The notes under the pieces are model-generated. The model searched no databases, had not been told where the DNA came from, and worked only from the letters and a program-made list of their open reading frames with translations. A stretch of 64,000 nt of DNA from Octopus sinensis (Eukaryota), in the NCBI RefSeq assembly GCF_006345805.1, contig NC_043021.1:4340001-4404000 (forward strand), in the 5' to 3' direction. Of this stretch, positions 24,801 to 38,844 are shown piece by piece (positions within the stretch are counted from its first letter, which is position 1; each line of letters starts with the position of its first letter). The translations under genes and the position numbers were made by a program.

Positions 24801-25706
24801 ATTTTTTTTGCTGGCATGAATTGGACAAATTTTCTGAAGTAATGTTGTATAACTGATTGCTCTTCTTGTCATTAACCCTTTTAGTTGGTGCATGGCTCAG
24901 TGGTTAGAGAGCTAGATTCACAATCATGAGGTAGTGAGTTCAACCAGGCTGTGTGTTGTGTTCTTGAGCAAGACACTTTATTTCACATTGCTCCAGTTCA
25001 CTCAGCTGTAGAAGTGAGTTGTGATGTCACTGGTGCCAAGCTGTATTTGCCTTCACCTTTTCTTTGGATAACATCGGTAACATGAAGAGGGGAAACTGGT
25101 ATGCATGGGCAACTGCAGTCTTCCATAATCAACCTTGCCTGGATTTGTGCTTCGGCAGGAGATGAACTTTCTAGGTGCAATCCCATGCTTATTCATGACC
25201 AAAGGGGATCTTTTATTTTTTTATGACACAGGGGGAGACAGAGTGACTATTCTAAAACCAGGATACACCTTTTATTTCAATAATCTCCCTCCTTGACCAG
25301 TCATCTTGTGAGTAGGGGTTAGTCAATTACATCAACCCCAATGTTCAGCTGGTACTTATTTTATCAACTCCAAAAGGACGAAAGGCAAAGTTAATCTCAG
25401 TGGCATTTGAACTCAAAAAGAACATAAAACCAGAAGAAATTTCTACTTAGCATTTTGTCTGGCAAGCTGACAATTCTGCCAACTCCTCACCTTCATTATA
25501 ATAATATTGATTTCAAATTCTGGCACAAGACCAGGGAGAGGTTAAGTCAATTACATTGACCTGAGTGTTCAACTGGCACTTATTTTATCAACCTCAAAAG
25601 GATAAAAGGCAAAGTCACCCTCGACAGAATTTCAATTCAAAGCATAAATAAAGGTGCCAAGCATTTTGTCAGCTGTTTTAATGAGTCTGCCAGGTCATAG
25701 CCTTAA

Positions 25707-26152
25707 CCCTTTAGCGTTCACATTATTCTGCCAAAATTAATGCTTTTTAATCCACGTTGTTTTGAGCTAATCCTGCATTATCTTGTAGTTATGAGATTTT
25801 GATGAGGTAGCTGTTAATTTTTAAAACGATATTGTAGGGTTGGTGTGAGAGACCAGATCTGGCCAGTTTGAACATAAAACAGGTAGAATATTTTTGGCCG
25901 GATATGGCCGGTTTAAATGCTAAAGGGTTAACCCTTTAGTGTTCACATTATTCTGCCAAAATTAATGCTTTTTAATCCACATTGTTTTGAGCTAATCCTG
26001 CATTATCTTGTAGTTATGAGATTTTGATGAGGTAGCTGTTAATTTTTAAAACGATATTGTAGGGTTGGTGTGAGAGACCAGATCTAGCCAGTTTGAACAT
26101 AAAACAGGCAGAATACTTTTGGCCGGATATGGCCGGTTTAAAAGCTAAAGGG
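25707..26152. mobile_element. Tandem dimer of piggyBac-type MITE family 2 (2 x 221 bp)
   Basis: TTAA at 25703, 25928 and 26153; CCCTTTAG...CTAAAGGG TIRs; the two copies are nearly identical. Confidence 0.9.
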
Positions 26153-27072
26153 TTAATAATAATGGACTCTCCCATTGAAGATGACATATGAGTGTTCAGC
26201 TTTTTTGTTGAACAGCCTGCACAAATGATTTGTTTATAGGGATCATATGTATGCGCTGTATGTTATCTTGCTCCCTCCGTCAAATCAACAATACCTGAAC
26301 AGGTGCATGGGGTACCAGACATCAGGTGTCAAAGTGATTGCAGAGCAATGCAAGATGAAGTGCTTTGATGAAGAACACAACGCACCACCAACGCACTCCA
26401 TCAATTACGATGACAAAGGTTTCAAATGATCCAATCGAAGGTACTGCTTACTTGAGAAATTAGCAAGCAAGTGGCTGAGTACCCCACAGACATGCATATT
26501 CCTAACATAGTTTTCAGGGAGATTCAGAGTGACACAAAATGACACCTGGCCTGCTCTTTGAATTACAGGTACGTCCCATTTTGGTCAGCTGATTAGACTG
26601 GAGCAACATGAAATAAAGTGTCTTGCTCAAGGATAAAATGCACCATAGGGAATTGAACTCACGACCTAGGCCAACGGGTCTGGGGGTAAGGGGTTAAGTC
26701 AAATCAACCCCAATGTTCAACTGGTACTTAATTTATTGACCCCAATATTTTTACATGCTATTATTTATACCTCTCTATATGTGTGATTGTTGAGATATGC
26801 CATTGCAGAAAATGCATTATTTCACATTCTCTCAAAAGTTTATAAAATTTTCATGGATGGACACACACACACACGAAGGGTTTTAACTTAATTTCAATCT
26901 AGCAAATTCACTCACAAGACATTGGTCGGCCCAGAGCTATTATAGAAGACACTTGGTCAAGATGACATGCAGCAGGACTGAACCTGAAACCACATGGTTG
27001 CAAAGAGAGCTTCTTAACCACACAGCTATACCTGTACCAAGCCACATATTTTTTTTTTTTTAATTTGGCACA

Positions 27073-27492
27073 AGGCGTAGGAGTGGCTGTGTGATAAGTA
27101 GCTTGCTTACGAACCACATGGTTCTGGGTTCAGTCCCACTGCGTGGCACCTTGGGCGAGTGTCTTCTACTATAGTACGGGTCGACCAAAGCCTTGTGAGT
27201 GGATTTGGTAGACGGAAACTGAAAGAAGCTTGTTGTATGTATATATATATATATATACATGTATGTGTGTGTATATGTTTGTGTGTCTGTGTTTGTCCCC
27301 CCACCATCACTTGACAACCAATGCTGGTGTGTTTACGTCCCCGACACTTAGCGGTTCGGCAAAAAGAGACTGATAGAATAAGTACTGGGCTTACAAAGAA
27401 TAAGTCCCGGGGTCGATTTGCTTGACTAAAAAGGTGGTGCTCCAGCATGGCCACAGTCAAATGACTGAAACAAGTAAAAGAGTAAAAGAGAG
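27073..27492 (+). mobile_element. SINE family A
   Basis: Full-length copy. Confidence 0.9.
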
Positions 27493-29154
27493 TAAGGCTT
27501 ATACATTTTGAAGGAGTTGCAAAAGTCAATTTAATTGTAGGTGCTACTTTATTTTACCAGCTTTGAAGGGATCAAAACCAGAGAGGATTTCGACAAGGGC
27601 TGAACTTGAAATGTAGAAAGATCTAACTAAACATAGCAAAAGTATTTAGTCCTTTTCTTTTCTTTTTCTTATTCACAGACTTCTCTGTAAAATTTAATTA
27701 ATAAATAAAAGAATGAAATAAATGAATAAATAAAACAAAAAAATAACTAGCATAATAAATAAAAGTACAAACCAATTTAGTCATTTTGTATCTTTGCTCA
27801 CAAACCATTTTCCAATAAAGTTTAAAGTGGAGATTGACACAATCCCAGAGAATATTGACAAATCAATAAAGTTTGATGAGTTTAGATTTGTATATTGTTC
27901 ATACTGTTGTTGTTTTGTTTTTGCTGTTTTTCTCTTTCTTTCCTTTTCTTTTCAATTGATAAAAGATTAATCATTATCCCCACCCTTCCCAAAGTATATT
28001 TTTGAAGTTTTTGTTTAACGAAATAGTAACAAAATAGGAAAAATAAGCCAAGAAATATCCAGTAAATCCTGAAGACTTTTTTTTTTTTTTGAGAGACAGA
28101 AAATCAATCAAAAAAATGTAACAGTAAAATAATCCAGGTAAAATAAAATATACAAAAAAGAAAATAAATGCATGCTTGATTTTTTCTTTTCTTTTTGGTT
28201 TGCTGTATTTTTCTTTTGTTTGTTATCCTCCTATATTTTATGGTAAATATTTTTTCTTTAAAATGTCTCTTTATATTTTCCTAAATGTTCTGGTAAACAG
28301 TGTCGAAGGAGAAAACAAATGAATCGTATACTGAACAGTTATATATTTCCTCGGTGAAACAAACTCAACGAAAGATTTTAAATACAAATGTATTATTTAA
28401 TAATCTCTGCTACTTTCAAGACATTTTCATTTACACCGTTAATAAACGTGGTTGGTGGGACGACAGGTAAAAGCACTTCCATACACACACATTTACCTGT
28501 CTCTGTCTGTGTATCTGCACCCACACATATACAAACATATGTATACGTATGTATGTGTGTGTATGTGCATTTATTTCCCCACCTCCTTCAAGGTAAGATA
28601 GCACAGGAGTTTTCTCTCATATGAAGACACGAAGAAAATAGCAACAGAAAAACTTTTATAAAGTTTTCCCCAAGAGTCCTGCAGTTCTTGCAACAGTTGC
28701 AATAGTAGTAGTAGTGGTGGTGGTGGTGGTGGTGGTGGTGGTGGTAATTAACTCCAGAAATGTATATAAAATGAATTATAATAATACTAGTAATAATGAT
28801 AATAATAATAATAATTATTATTATTATTATTATAACAATAATTTGCTGCACTGGAAATAAGGAAAAATCTGGATACTAAGAGACAAACCAACACAGATAT
28901 TCTAGATCGTCTGATTGTTTATATTTAGCAAAGGCCAACTTAGTTCTCGGTCTCAGAGAATAGAATCAGCATGGGTGACAACAGACTTTCATTTGAAACA
29001 AAAAAAGAAAGAAAGAAAAAAAGAAAGAAAGAAACAAAGAAAGAAAAGAGACCTCATCAAGCGTTTGGGAAGTTTTTGTATTTTTTCGTTGATTTGTTTG
29101 TTATTTGCTTTGCTTTTTGTTATTTATTTACTTTTATGCCTACCATGAAGTTGA

Positions 29155-29227
<73 letters not shown>

Positions 29228-29574
29228 AAGCGAGGGAGCTGTGTTTGAGAGACTGTATAATATACCTAAGAAAGTAACAAGCTGTTAGCAGGTATGAAAT
29301 GTATACACACACACATACACATTGCTATACACGCACTCAGGTATATTCACACACACATATACCAAGCTGTTCAGGTGTGTGTGTGTGTCAGTAGTTCATT
29401 ATCTGATGATGTATGACTGTAGCAGTAGCTAAGTTAATGTCCTTTATTTAAGCAGGAGGAAAGGTGAGACAATTTAATGAAGTAGACACAAGAGGAACGG
29501 TGGGTGGGTGGGAAAACAGTTAAATTATTCCGGTGTTTTTGTTTTTATTTCTTTTTAAAAAAAATGCAATAATT

Positions 29575-30075
29575 ACTTGAGAGAGGGGAGAGGAAGAATG
29601 AGGGTAGAAAGAAAAAGGTGAGGTAGAGAGAAAATGGAAGAGACGAAGAGGAAAAGAGAGGGGAAGTAGAAAGGAGGAGAAAATGGAAAGAGGAAGACAA
29701 AAGCTAGGGGGTAGGAGGAGAAAAGCGACAGGGTAGGGATGAGGGAGAGGTATAGAGAAAAGGGAGAAGAGAGAAGGGATAGCGAGAAGAAAGAGTAAAG
29801 AGAAGAGAGGAGTAGGGAAGGAGAAGGGAGAGGGTGAGCGAAAAGGAGAGTGAGCAAGTAGGGAGACGGAGAGCAAAACGGAAGAGGGTGAGTGAGAAGG
29901 GTGAGAGAGAAGGGAGAAGATGAAAGAGAAGGGAGAGGGTGAAAGAGAAGGAAAAGGTTGAGAGAGAAAAGATAGGATAAAAGAGAAAGGAGAGGGAGGG
30001 GTAGGGAGTTGGATAAAGAGGAGAGGGAGGGTAGGGAGAGGATAGTAAGAAGAGGAAGGGGAGAATAAGGGAATA
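29575..30075. repeat. Polypurine low-complexity tract
   Basis: About 500 bp of mostly G/A on the + strand. Confidence 0.85.
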
Positions 30076-30351
30076 TTTGGAGGTGGTGTTGTCCAGGGCA
30101 AGTTATTTCATTTGAAGTCAACCAGATTTCTCCTGGTGACACTGGCCCCTGCCATCACCACACTACCCTGCCCCAATAATTAGCAAAAGGCGAGGGAGGG
30201 GGGAGCTTCAAAACATAGCAAAGGATGTGGTTATGTGAAGTAATCACAGTTCACTAATTAAGTACTAGCACTAGCAAACTCTAGGCCTAAAGAAATCACG
30301 TTTGTTTTAGTCCATTAAAAATATATAAACAATAAAAAATAATAATGATTA

Positions 30352-30934
30352 TCCTTTCTACTAAAGGCACAAGGCCCGAAATTTTAGGGGAAGGGACTAG
30401 CCAATTAAATCGACCTCAGTGTTTCACTGGTACTTAATTTATCGACCCTGAAAGGATAAAAGGAAAAGTTGACCTCGCCGGAATTTGAACTCAGAACTTA
30501 ACGGCAGACGAAATACCTATTTCTTTACTACCCACAAGGGGCTAAACACAGAGGGGATGAACAAGGACAGACAAACAGATTAAGTCAATTATATCGACCC
30601 CAGTGCATAACTGGTATTTATTTAATCGACCCCGAAAGGATGAAAGGCAAAGTTGACCTTGGTGGAATTTGAACTCAGAACATAACGGCAGACGAAATAC
30701 TTATTTATTTACTACCCAAAAGGGGCTAAACACAGAGAGGACGAACAAGGACAGACAAACGGATTAAGTGAATTATATTGACGCCAGTGCATAACTGATA
30801 CTTATTTAATCGACCCCGAAAGGATGAAAGGCAAAGTCAACCTCGGCGGAATTTGAACTCAGAACGTACTGATGGGCAAAATACTGCTAAGCATTTTGCC
30901 AGACGTGCTAATGATTCTGCCAGCTCACTGCCTT
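30352..30934 (-). mobile_element. Head-to-tail trimer of SINE family B
   Basis: Junctions GACGAAATAC|(C/T)TATTT at 30516/30517 and 30700/30701; 184-bp period. Confidence 0.85.
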
Positions 30935-31432
30935 AATAATAATAATAATCCTTTCTACTATAGGCACAAGACCTGGAATTTGTGGGGCGGGGGGGGGGTG
31001 TTGATTACATCAACCCCAGTACTTGACTGATACTTATTTTATTGACCCTGAAAGTATGAAAGGCAAACTGAACTTTGGCAGAATTTGAACGCAGAACATA
31101 ATAGTGGCAGATGAAATACTGCGAAGAATTTGCCCAGCATGCTAACGATTCTGCCAGCTCATCGCCTTTCAGTAATAAGAAGAACTATGATTAAAGGTTT
31201 CAAATTTTGGCACAAGACCAGCAATTTCTAAGGAGGGCATAAGTGAATTACATCAACTCAGCCGGTACTTATTTTATCAACCCTGAAAGGACGAAAGGCA
31301 AAGTCAACCTCAGCAGAATTTGAACTCAGAACCTAAAGACAGACCATATGCTGGTAAGCATTTTGCCTGGTATGCTAACAACTCTACCAGCTCACAGCCT
31401 TAAACCTGTATAACATATTGATCATTGATAAA

Positions 31433-31590
31433 GAGTGGCTGTGTGGTAAATAGCTTGCTTGCCAACCACATGGTTCCGGGTTCAGTCCCACAGCATGGTA
31501 CCTTGGATAAGTGTCTTCTACTATAGCCTCGGGCCGACCAAAGCCTTGTGAGTGGATTTGGTAGACAGAAACTGAAAGAAGCCTGTCGTG

Positions 31591-31636
<46 letters not shown>

Positions 31637-31852
31637 TGTGTGTCTGTGTTTGTCCTCCCCCCCCCACATCGCTTGACAACCCATGCTGGTGTGTTCATAT
31701 CCCCGTAACTTAGTGGTTCGGCAAAAGAGACCGATAGAATAAGTACTGGGCTTACAAAAAGAATAAGTCCCGGGGTCGATTTGCTCAAGTAAAGGCGGTG
31801 CTCCAGCATGGCCGCAGTCAAATGACTGAAACAAGTAAAAGAGTAAAAGAGA
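31433..31852 (+). mobile_element. SINE family A
   Basis: Near full-length copy. Confidence 0.9.
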
Positions 31853-32653
31853 GAATTGAAATTTTTGCAAAGAATACTTCCGCGAATATCAATTGCAGAA
31901 TAAGGAAAAAGCTTTTACAGCAACGAGAATATCCTTATAAGATTAAAAGACTGCAACATAATGTCAGACAGTGACTATATTTAACTTTAATGCAGAAAAT
32001 GTACAGGTGGAAGTTACTACAGAAAGCATAACATTACTAGAAGCCACTGTTTAATAGGAGACAATGTAATTTAAGAAGTGATGCAACACAGTTTATAAAG
32101 CTGCAATGGTTCTTACACAGGATATATACTGCGCAAATGGATTTCCTAGCCAATGCATAGGAATTGGCTGTGTAGTTAAGAAGCTCACTTTGTAACCATG
32201 CGGGTTTGGGTACAATCCCATTGCAAGGTATCTTGGGCAAGTATCTTCCTCTCTTGCCCCTGGCCGACCGATGCCTTGTCAGTGAAATTGGTACATGGAA
32301 ACTGAATGGAATCCCATCGTGTGTGTGTGTGTGTATTTGTGTTCATCCCCCACTCACCACTTGACAACCAATGTTGGTTTGTTTACATCCTCATAACAGT
32401 TTGGTAAAGGAGTATGATGGAATAAGTACCTGCTTTTTTTTAAAAAAAAGTAAAAATAATTATGCGAGTCAATTTATTTGACTAAATTCTTCAAAGTGGT
32501 GCTCCAGCAGGGCCAGAGTTTGATGGCTGAGACAAATAAAAGACAAAAAATAAAACCAATCAATGAAGACATCACTCATTTATTTGGACACTTAATGGTT
32601 TTTTCCTGTGCAGGCATGGGTTGGACAGGATTGTATGACTTGATACTCTTCAA

Positions 32654-33204
32654 CAGTGATTCTCAACTGGGGGTCCATGCAACAAAATAGTAAATTGGGG
32701 ATCCACAATAGTACTTAAAGGGTCCCTGAAAAAATTTTGCCTTAGGTGTATGTATTGGTATGTATTGCAAGAAACATCTGGGTTTCTTTCTTTAGCATTT
32801 TACATAATTCAACCTACACAAGTTAATGTGTGAAACACAAAATAGGAATTTAAAAAGAAGCAATTTTTAAACATCAAATGACTAGGGGGAGGGGTGTCCA
32901 CCAGAATAGAATAGAAGACGGTGAGCTGGCAGAAACGTTAGCATGCCAAGCGAAACACTTAGTGGCATTTCGTCTGTTGTTATGTTCTGAGTTCAAATTC
33001 CGCCGAGGTTTACTTTGCCTTTCATCCTTTTGGGGTCGATAAATTAAGTACCAGTTATGCACTGGAGTCGATGTAATTGACTTAATCCATTTGTCCGTCC
33101 TTGTTTGTCCCCTCTATGTTTAACCCTTTGTGGGAAATTAAAAAAATAAGAATAGAATAGTAATCAAAGGGGTCCATAGAGGAAAAAATAGTTGAGAACT
33201 CCTG
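32654..33204. mobile_element. hAT-type MITE with a nested family B SINE
   Basis: TIRs CAGTGATTCTCAACT / AGTTGAGAACTCCTG; degenerate 8-bp TSD CTCTTCAA / CTCTATAA; nested SINE flanked by GAATAGAATAG. Confidence 0.7.
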
Positions 33205-34281
33205 CTCTATAACAAAACCTTAATTGTTTTTTAAGTAAGGGATTATTTTATTCTACAGATCTTCAAAGACTTGGACAACCTGTCATCATCGCAACAAGGA
33301 ATGTCAATATCATTCACCGTTTTGCTCAAGCAAATAAAAACTCCCTTCAGTCACAAATGACCCTGGGATTGCACACAGAAAGTCCCTCTACACTCTAACC
33401 ACTGAGCCATACACCTGCATAACAAGGAATGTCAATAACATTCATGGTTTTGCTCCAGCAAAGCCATGGGAAACCATGGGATTCAATCAAATTCTTGCAT
33501 ATAAAGACCTCCTTCAGTCACAAACAACAATGGCCTGGCCCCTAAGAAGTTCCCCTCCAAGGCACAAGTCCAGGCAAGGTTGTTTATGGAAGACCAGCAG
33601 TCCCCTATGTATATCAGCCTCACCTCACCACAGCACTAATGTTGCCCAAGAAAAAGACAAAAGCCGATATAGCAACTCAATTCTACAGCTGAGTGGACTG
33701 GGGCAATGTCAAAAAAAGGTATCCTGCTCAAGAATACGACACACATCCTGGTCCAGAGCTACACTTTAACCACTGAGCTATGTGCCATCACCATTCTTAC
33801 ACACACACACACACACACATGTAGATCTTGCCACTGCTGGTGCCACATGAAAAACACTCAGTCCACTTTGTAAAGTATTTCGAAATAAAATGAATCACTG
33901 ATCAGGCACTTATATGTAAATAGAGAGAAGTCTGTTTGTTGATGTGCTGTAGCATGGCACATGTGAAAGGAAATTAAATTATGAATTAAAAGCAGTTCTT
34001 GTAATCATTACCCTTTGCACATACATAGTGTATGTGTTCTAATTTATATGTTGATTTGCTGCAAGACAGCATCCAAGGAAAGCTCCCTACACGACATCAA
34101 GTGTTAACACTTAACAACCAGTGTTGGTGTGTTTATGTCCTTGTAACTTGGTGGTTCAGCAAAAGAGACAGAATCAATACCAGGCTTTAAAGAAATAAAT
34201 ACTGGGGGGCAATTCGTTCAACTAAAACCTTTCAAAGCAGTTTCCCAGCATGGCTGCAGGCTAATGACTGAAACAAGTTAC

Positions 34282-34697
34282 AAGCGCAGGAGTGGCTGTG
34301 TGGTAAGTAGCTTGCTAACCAACCACATGGTTCCGGGTTCAGTCCCACTGCGTGGCACCTTGGGCAAGTGTCTTCTGCTATAGCCCCGGGCCGACCAATG
34401 CCTTGTGAGTGAATTTGGTAGACGGAAACCGAAAGAAGCCTGTCGTATATATGTATATATATGTATATGTGTGTGTGTGTTTGTGTGTCTGTGTTGGTAC
34501 CCCTAGCATTGCTTGACAACCGATGCTAGTGTGCTTACGTCCCCGTAACTTAGCAGTTCGGCAAAAGAGACCGATAGAATAAGTACTGGGCTTACAAAGA
34601 ATAAGTCCTGGGGTCGATTTGCTCGACTAAAGGCGGTGCTCCAGCATGGCCGCAGTCAAATGACTGAAAACAAGTAAAAGAGAAAGAGAGTAAAGAG
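34282..34697 (+). mobile_element. SINE family A
   Basis: Full-length copy. Confidence 0.9.
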
Positions 34698-35129
34698 ATG
34701 AAAGATAGGTACCAGGGTGGGTACGGTTTGTTTGGGGGGGAAGGTTGTTTTTTTTTTTGTTTTTTTGGGGGGGGGTTTTTTCAGATGGGGAAGATAAACT
34801 TAATTATGACAGCTTACTGTTGCCCCCCACTACTCTTTGCAAATTTCTTTATCATCTCAATCTACCTCCCTCTTTCAAACAGTCATTATAAAAAATGTTT
34901 TGTTCCAGTCACACAAAAAAGGGGGGGGGGGGCAAGGAGGTGATTTTTCCCAAGACAACAAATTTTTGGAATAGTACTTTTGATGTGCATCATGTAAGAA
35001 TTTTTGTGGTGGAGGGAAAAGAAATTCAGTGATCACTCTAGGGAGCACCAACTCTAGCTCTGCCACTGATTCCAGTTCTACATTCTTTAATGCATACGTT
35101 AGCTTCTGGATAATTGGTTTGTGTGTTTC

Positions 35130-35760
35130 ACTAATTCTTAGCAGATTTCATGACAGTATGAAAACAGATTTCACGGTTTCAAGCAAGTATGGAACAACAG
35201 ACAGACAATAATAACAATGAAACTACTAGCAGATTTCACTGATTCATGAAAGCACCCACTACACTCACGGAGTGGTTGGCGTTAGGAAGGGCATCCAGCT
35301 GTAGAAACATTGCCAGATAAGACTGGAGCCTGGTGCAGCCTTCTGGCTTCCCAGATCCCCAGTCGAACCGTCCAACCCATGCTAGCATGGAGAACGGACG
35401 TTAAACGATGATGATGATGAAAGTATGAAACAGCAAACAGACAACAATAAAAATGAGACTTTTCACGATTTCAAGCAAGTATGGAACAACAGACAGACAA
35501 TAATAACAATGAGACTTCCAGCAGATTTCACTGATTCATGAAAGTATGAAACAGCAAACAGACAACAATAAAAATGAGACTTTTCACGATTTCAAGCAAG
35601 TATGGAACAACAGACAGACAACAATAACGATGAGACTACAAGCAGATTTCGCTGATTCATGAAAGTATGAAACAGCAGACAGACAATAAGAAAGAGTAGA
35701 CTTCCAACACACTCTTCTAGTTCAAAGAAGTATGAAACAACAAACAGGCAATAATAATGA
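35130..35760. repeat. ~120-bp tandem repeat interrupted by a family C SINE 3' end (35258-35420)
   Basis: Repeated CAAGCAAGTATGGAACAACAGACAGACAATAATAAC...GATTCATGAAAGTATG units. Confidence 0.8.
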
Positions 35761-36829
35761 GGAGATGGAAGATAGACAGAAAAAACAAAGAGGAAGTTAA
35801 AAGGGAAACAAGAAACCTTTTAATTCGACTTCATAGCTCTCTCTGTTTTATGTTGGCAGAAAGTGAGATGAAATTGTGCATCAATAAACTCCATTAGGAT
35901 CTGATGAAATAGAGTTTTAGAGGAAAAATAGCCCGTCGTATATATGCTGGTGTGTTTACGTCGCCGTAACTTAGCAGTTTGGCAAAAGAGATCAATAGAG
36001 TGAGTACTAGGCTTACAAGTCCTGGGGTCAATTTGCTTGACTAAAGGCGGTGCTCCAGCATGGCCACAGTCAAATGACTGAAACAAGTAAAAGAATAAAA
36101 AAAAGAGTAATTCTTTAGCATCTAAACTGACCAAATCCACCCGATATTCTGACATGTTCAGACTGACCGTATCCAACCTTTCCAACATATATTTCTTTAC
36201 TACCCACAAGGGGCTAAACACAGAGGGGACAAACAAGGACAGACAAAGGGATTTAGTCGATTACATCGACCCCACTGCATAACTGGTACTTAATTTATTT
36301 CCAACATAGCCTTCAGTGTCATTCTAAGAATGAAACTATCACATCATTGAAATGTCAAAGCTATGGTTAATACAAAACAATACGAATAAATAAGCATTAC
36401 ATTTCACATAATAGTCTGAATGCTAACAGGTTAATTAGTACATTAAACAATCGATTAGTTGGTTAGGTATTTAACCAATTGATTAACAAAGAAATGATAT
36501 CAAACTATTGTGTGTGTGTGCATGTGTGTGTTGTTATTGGCATAATGACCCACCCACCCCCAAACCGAGACACAACCAGATTTGTTTCAATGCATGAATT
36601 CACATCAAGAATCTTGTTAATCAGGTATGAAAACGAAGTACACTAATGATGGTAATTAAGTAGCAAATACATTCTTATTTGATGAATGGGGATTTTTTTT
36701 TTACTATCTGATGGAGACTTGAGCTGGTGGCTGTGACCTTCAAGCAAGAAATCCACACGATTTTTAACTGACTGTTATGATGCAAATGTTTAGTAAAATA
36801 TAACAAACAGGTTTCCTGTCATTTGAGAG

Positions 36830-37787
36830 AGAGAGCCAGTCAGACAGAGAGACAAAGAGCGAGACAAACAGAGAGAGAGAGAGAGATTGAGAGGGAGAGA
36901 CCGACAGACTGACAGACAAAGAGCGAGACAAACAGACAGAGAGATTGAGAGGGAGAGACCGACAGACTGACAGACAAAGAGCGAGACAAACAGACAGAGA
37001 GATTGAGAGGGAGAGACCGACAGATTGACAGACAAAGAGCGAGACAAACAGACAGAGAGATTGAGAGGGAGAGACCGACAGACTGACAGACAAGAGCGAG
37101 ACAAACAGACAGAGATTGAGAGGGAGAGACCGACAGCTGACAGACAAAGAGCGAGACAAACAGACAGAGAGATTGAGAGGGAGAGACCGACAGACTGACA
37201 GACAAAGAGTGAGACAAACAGACAGAGAGATCGAGAGGGAGAGACCGACAGACTGACAGACAAGAGCGAGACAAACAGACAGAGAGATTGAGAGGGAGAG
37301 ACCGACAGACTGACAGACAAAGAGCGAGACAAACAGACAGAGATTGAGAGGGAGAGACCGACAGACTGACAGACAAAGAGCGAGACAAACAGACAGAGAG
37401 ATTGAGAGGGAGAGACCGACAGACTGACAGACAAAGAGCGAGACAAACAGACAGAGAGATTGAGAGGGAGAGACCGACAGACTGACAGACAAAGAGCGAG
37501 ACAAACAGACAGAGAGATTGAGAGGGAGAGACCGACAGACTGACAGACAAAGAGCGAGACAAACAGACAGAGAGATTGAGAGGAGAGACCGACAGACTGA
37601 CAGACAAAGAGCGAGACAAACAGACAGAGAGATTGAGAGGGAGAGACCGACAGACTGACAGACAAAGAGCGAGACAAACAGACAGAGAGATTGAGAGGGA
37701 GAGACCGACAGACTGACAGACAAAGAGCGAGACAAACAGACAGAGAGATCGAGAGGGAGAGACCGACAGACTGACAGACAAAGAGAG
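36830..37787. repeat. 58-bp purine-rich minisatellite, about 16 copies
   Basis: Unit GAGAGATTGAGAGGGAGAGACCGACAGACTGACAGACAAAGAGCGAGACAAACAGACA. Confidence 0.95.
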
Positions 37788-38844
37788 CTACTGACTTCGA
37801 CTGGGTAGGATTTCTACTTATTCATTTTTCTACTATGTCAGAAAAGCAGGAATGATGTGTCTGATTCTAAGCAATGAAATTGTTTATTACTAATCTATGC
37901 AAATATTATTGAATATAAAACGTGGGGGGGAAATAGTTTGGTGTGAAATTTAAAACACCCCCATTCCCTGCCCACCCCATTTCCTCCCATGGAAACAAGT
38001 TTTCTTTTACACATGAAATGGCACGAAACGTTTGTCACGTATTACAATACTGATTAAACCAAATAATCACAAGTTATTTTCATAGATTCAACGAGACTTT
38101 TGTCAGCCTGGCCTTTGTTCTCGTCTTCGTCAAATAAAGGTTGGCTTGAGAACTGACGCGTTCTTAATTTCTATGCTCAGCTCACCTGAAATTTTCAGGT
38201 AAAATCTTACCTTAAAACAGCTAAAAAATCTCCATTATGAAAAATGAAAAAAAAAAACGTGACCTTAACTCCTTAGCATTTAAACTGGCCACATCCAGCC
38301 CAAATATGATCCTTGATTTATGTTCTAACCAGCCATATCCAGTCTATGGCACCAACCTTTTAATGCCATTCTAGAAATATATACAATCACATCATCAAAA
38401 TTTCAAACTATGAGACAATGTATGATTAATTAAGAACAATCATCATCATCATCACTGTTTAATGTCCCCTAACGATTCTGCCAGCTCGCCGCCTTAAGAC
38501 TATACCAACCTACTGTGTCTATTTTGGCATGGTTTCTACAGATGGAATGCCATTTCTAACATCAACCATCCCACAGAATGGACAAATGTGAAAGAAAAAG
38601 TATTACATTTGACAAAATAATCTGAATGTTGAAGGGTTACTAAAAAAAGATGCCAATATGGAAGTGGTGGTGTTTTACGAAAGGAGACCTGTTTAGTCCT
38701 TTCATTATTGTATATCTAACCAAATACACTGCTTTTGCGTCAGTTAATTTTGAAAAATGATGAAGAATTTATTAGAAGAAAACTATATCATTATTAATCT
38801 GGTGTCTACAGCATAATTAAAGACAAAATTTTTGACGGGAGATT

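Noticed and set aside
27679-27690. Plus-strand terminal exon ACT TCT CTG TAA (TSL*, PDZ-like) after a strong pyrimidine tract
   Set aside because: No upstream plus-strand exons were found; such tracts arise by chance in T-rich DNA
36764-37781. Three ~300-aa minus-strand ORFs (SLSVCL repeats)
   Set aside because: They are translations of a stop-free 58-bp minisatellite; all three frames are open, which is typical of an artefact
38086-38198. Plus-strand AG...GT-bounded open frame IQRDFCQPGLCSRLRQIK...
   Set aside because: No recognisable homology and no partner exons
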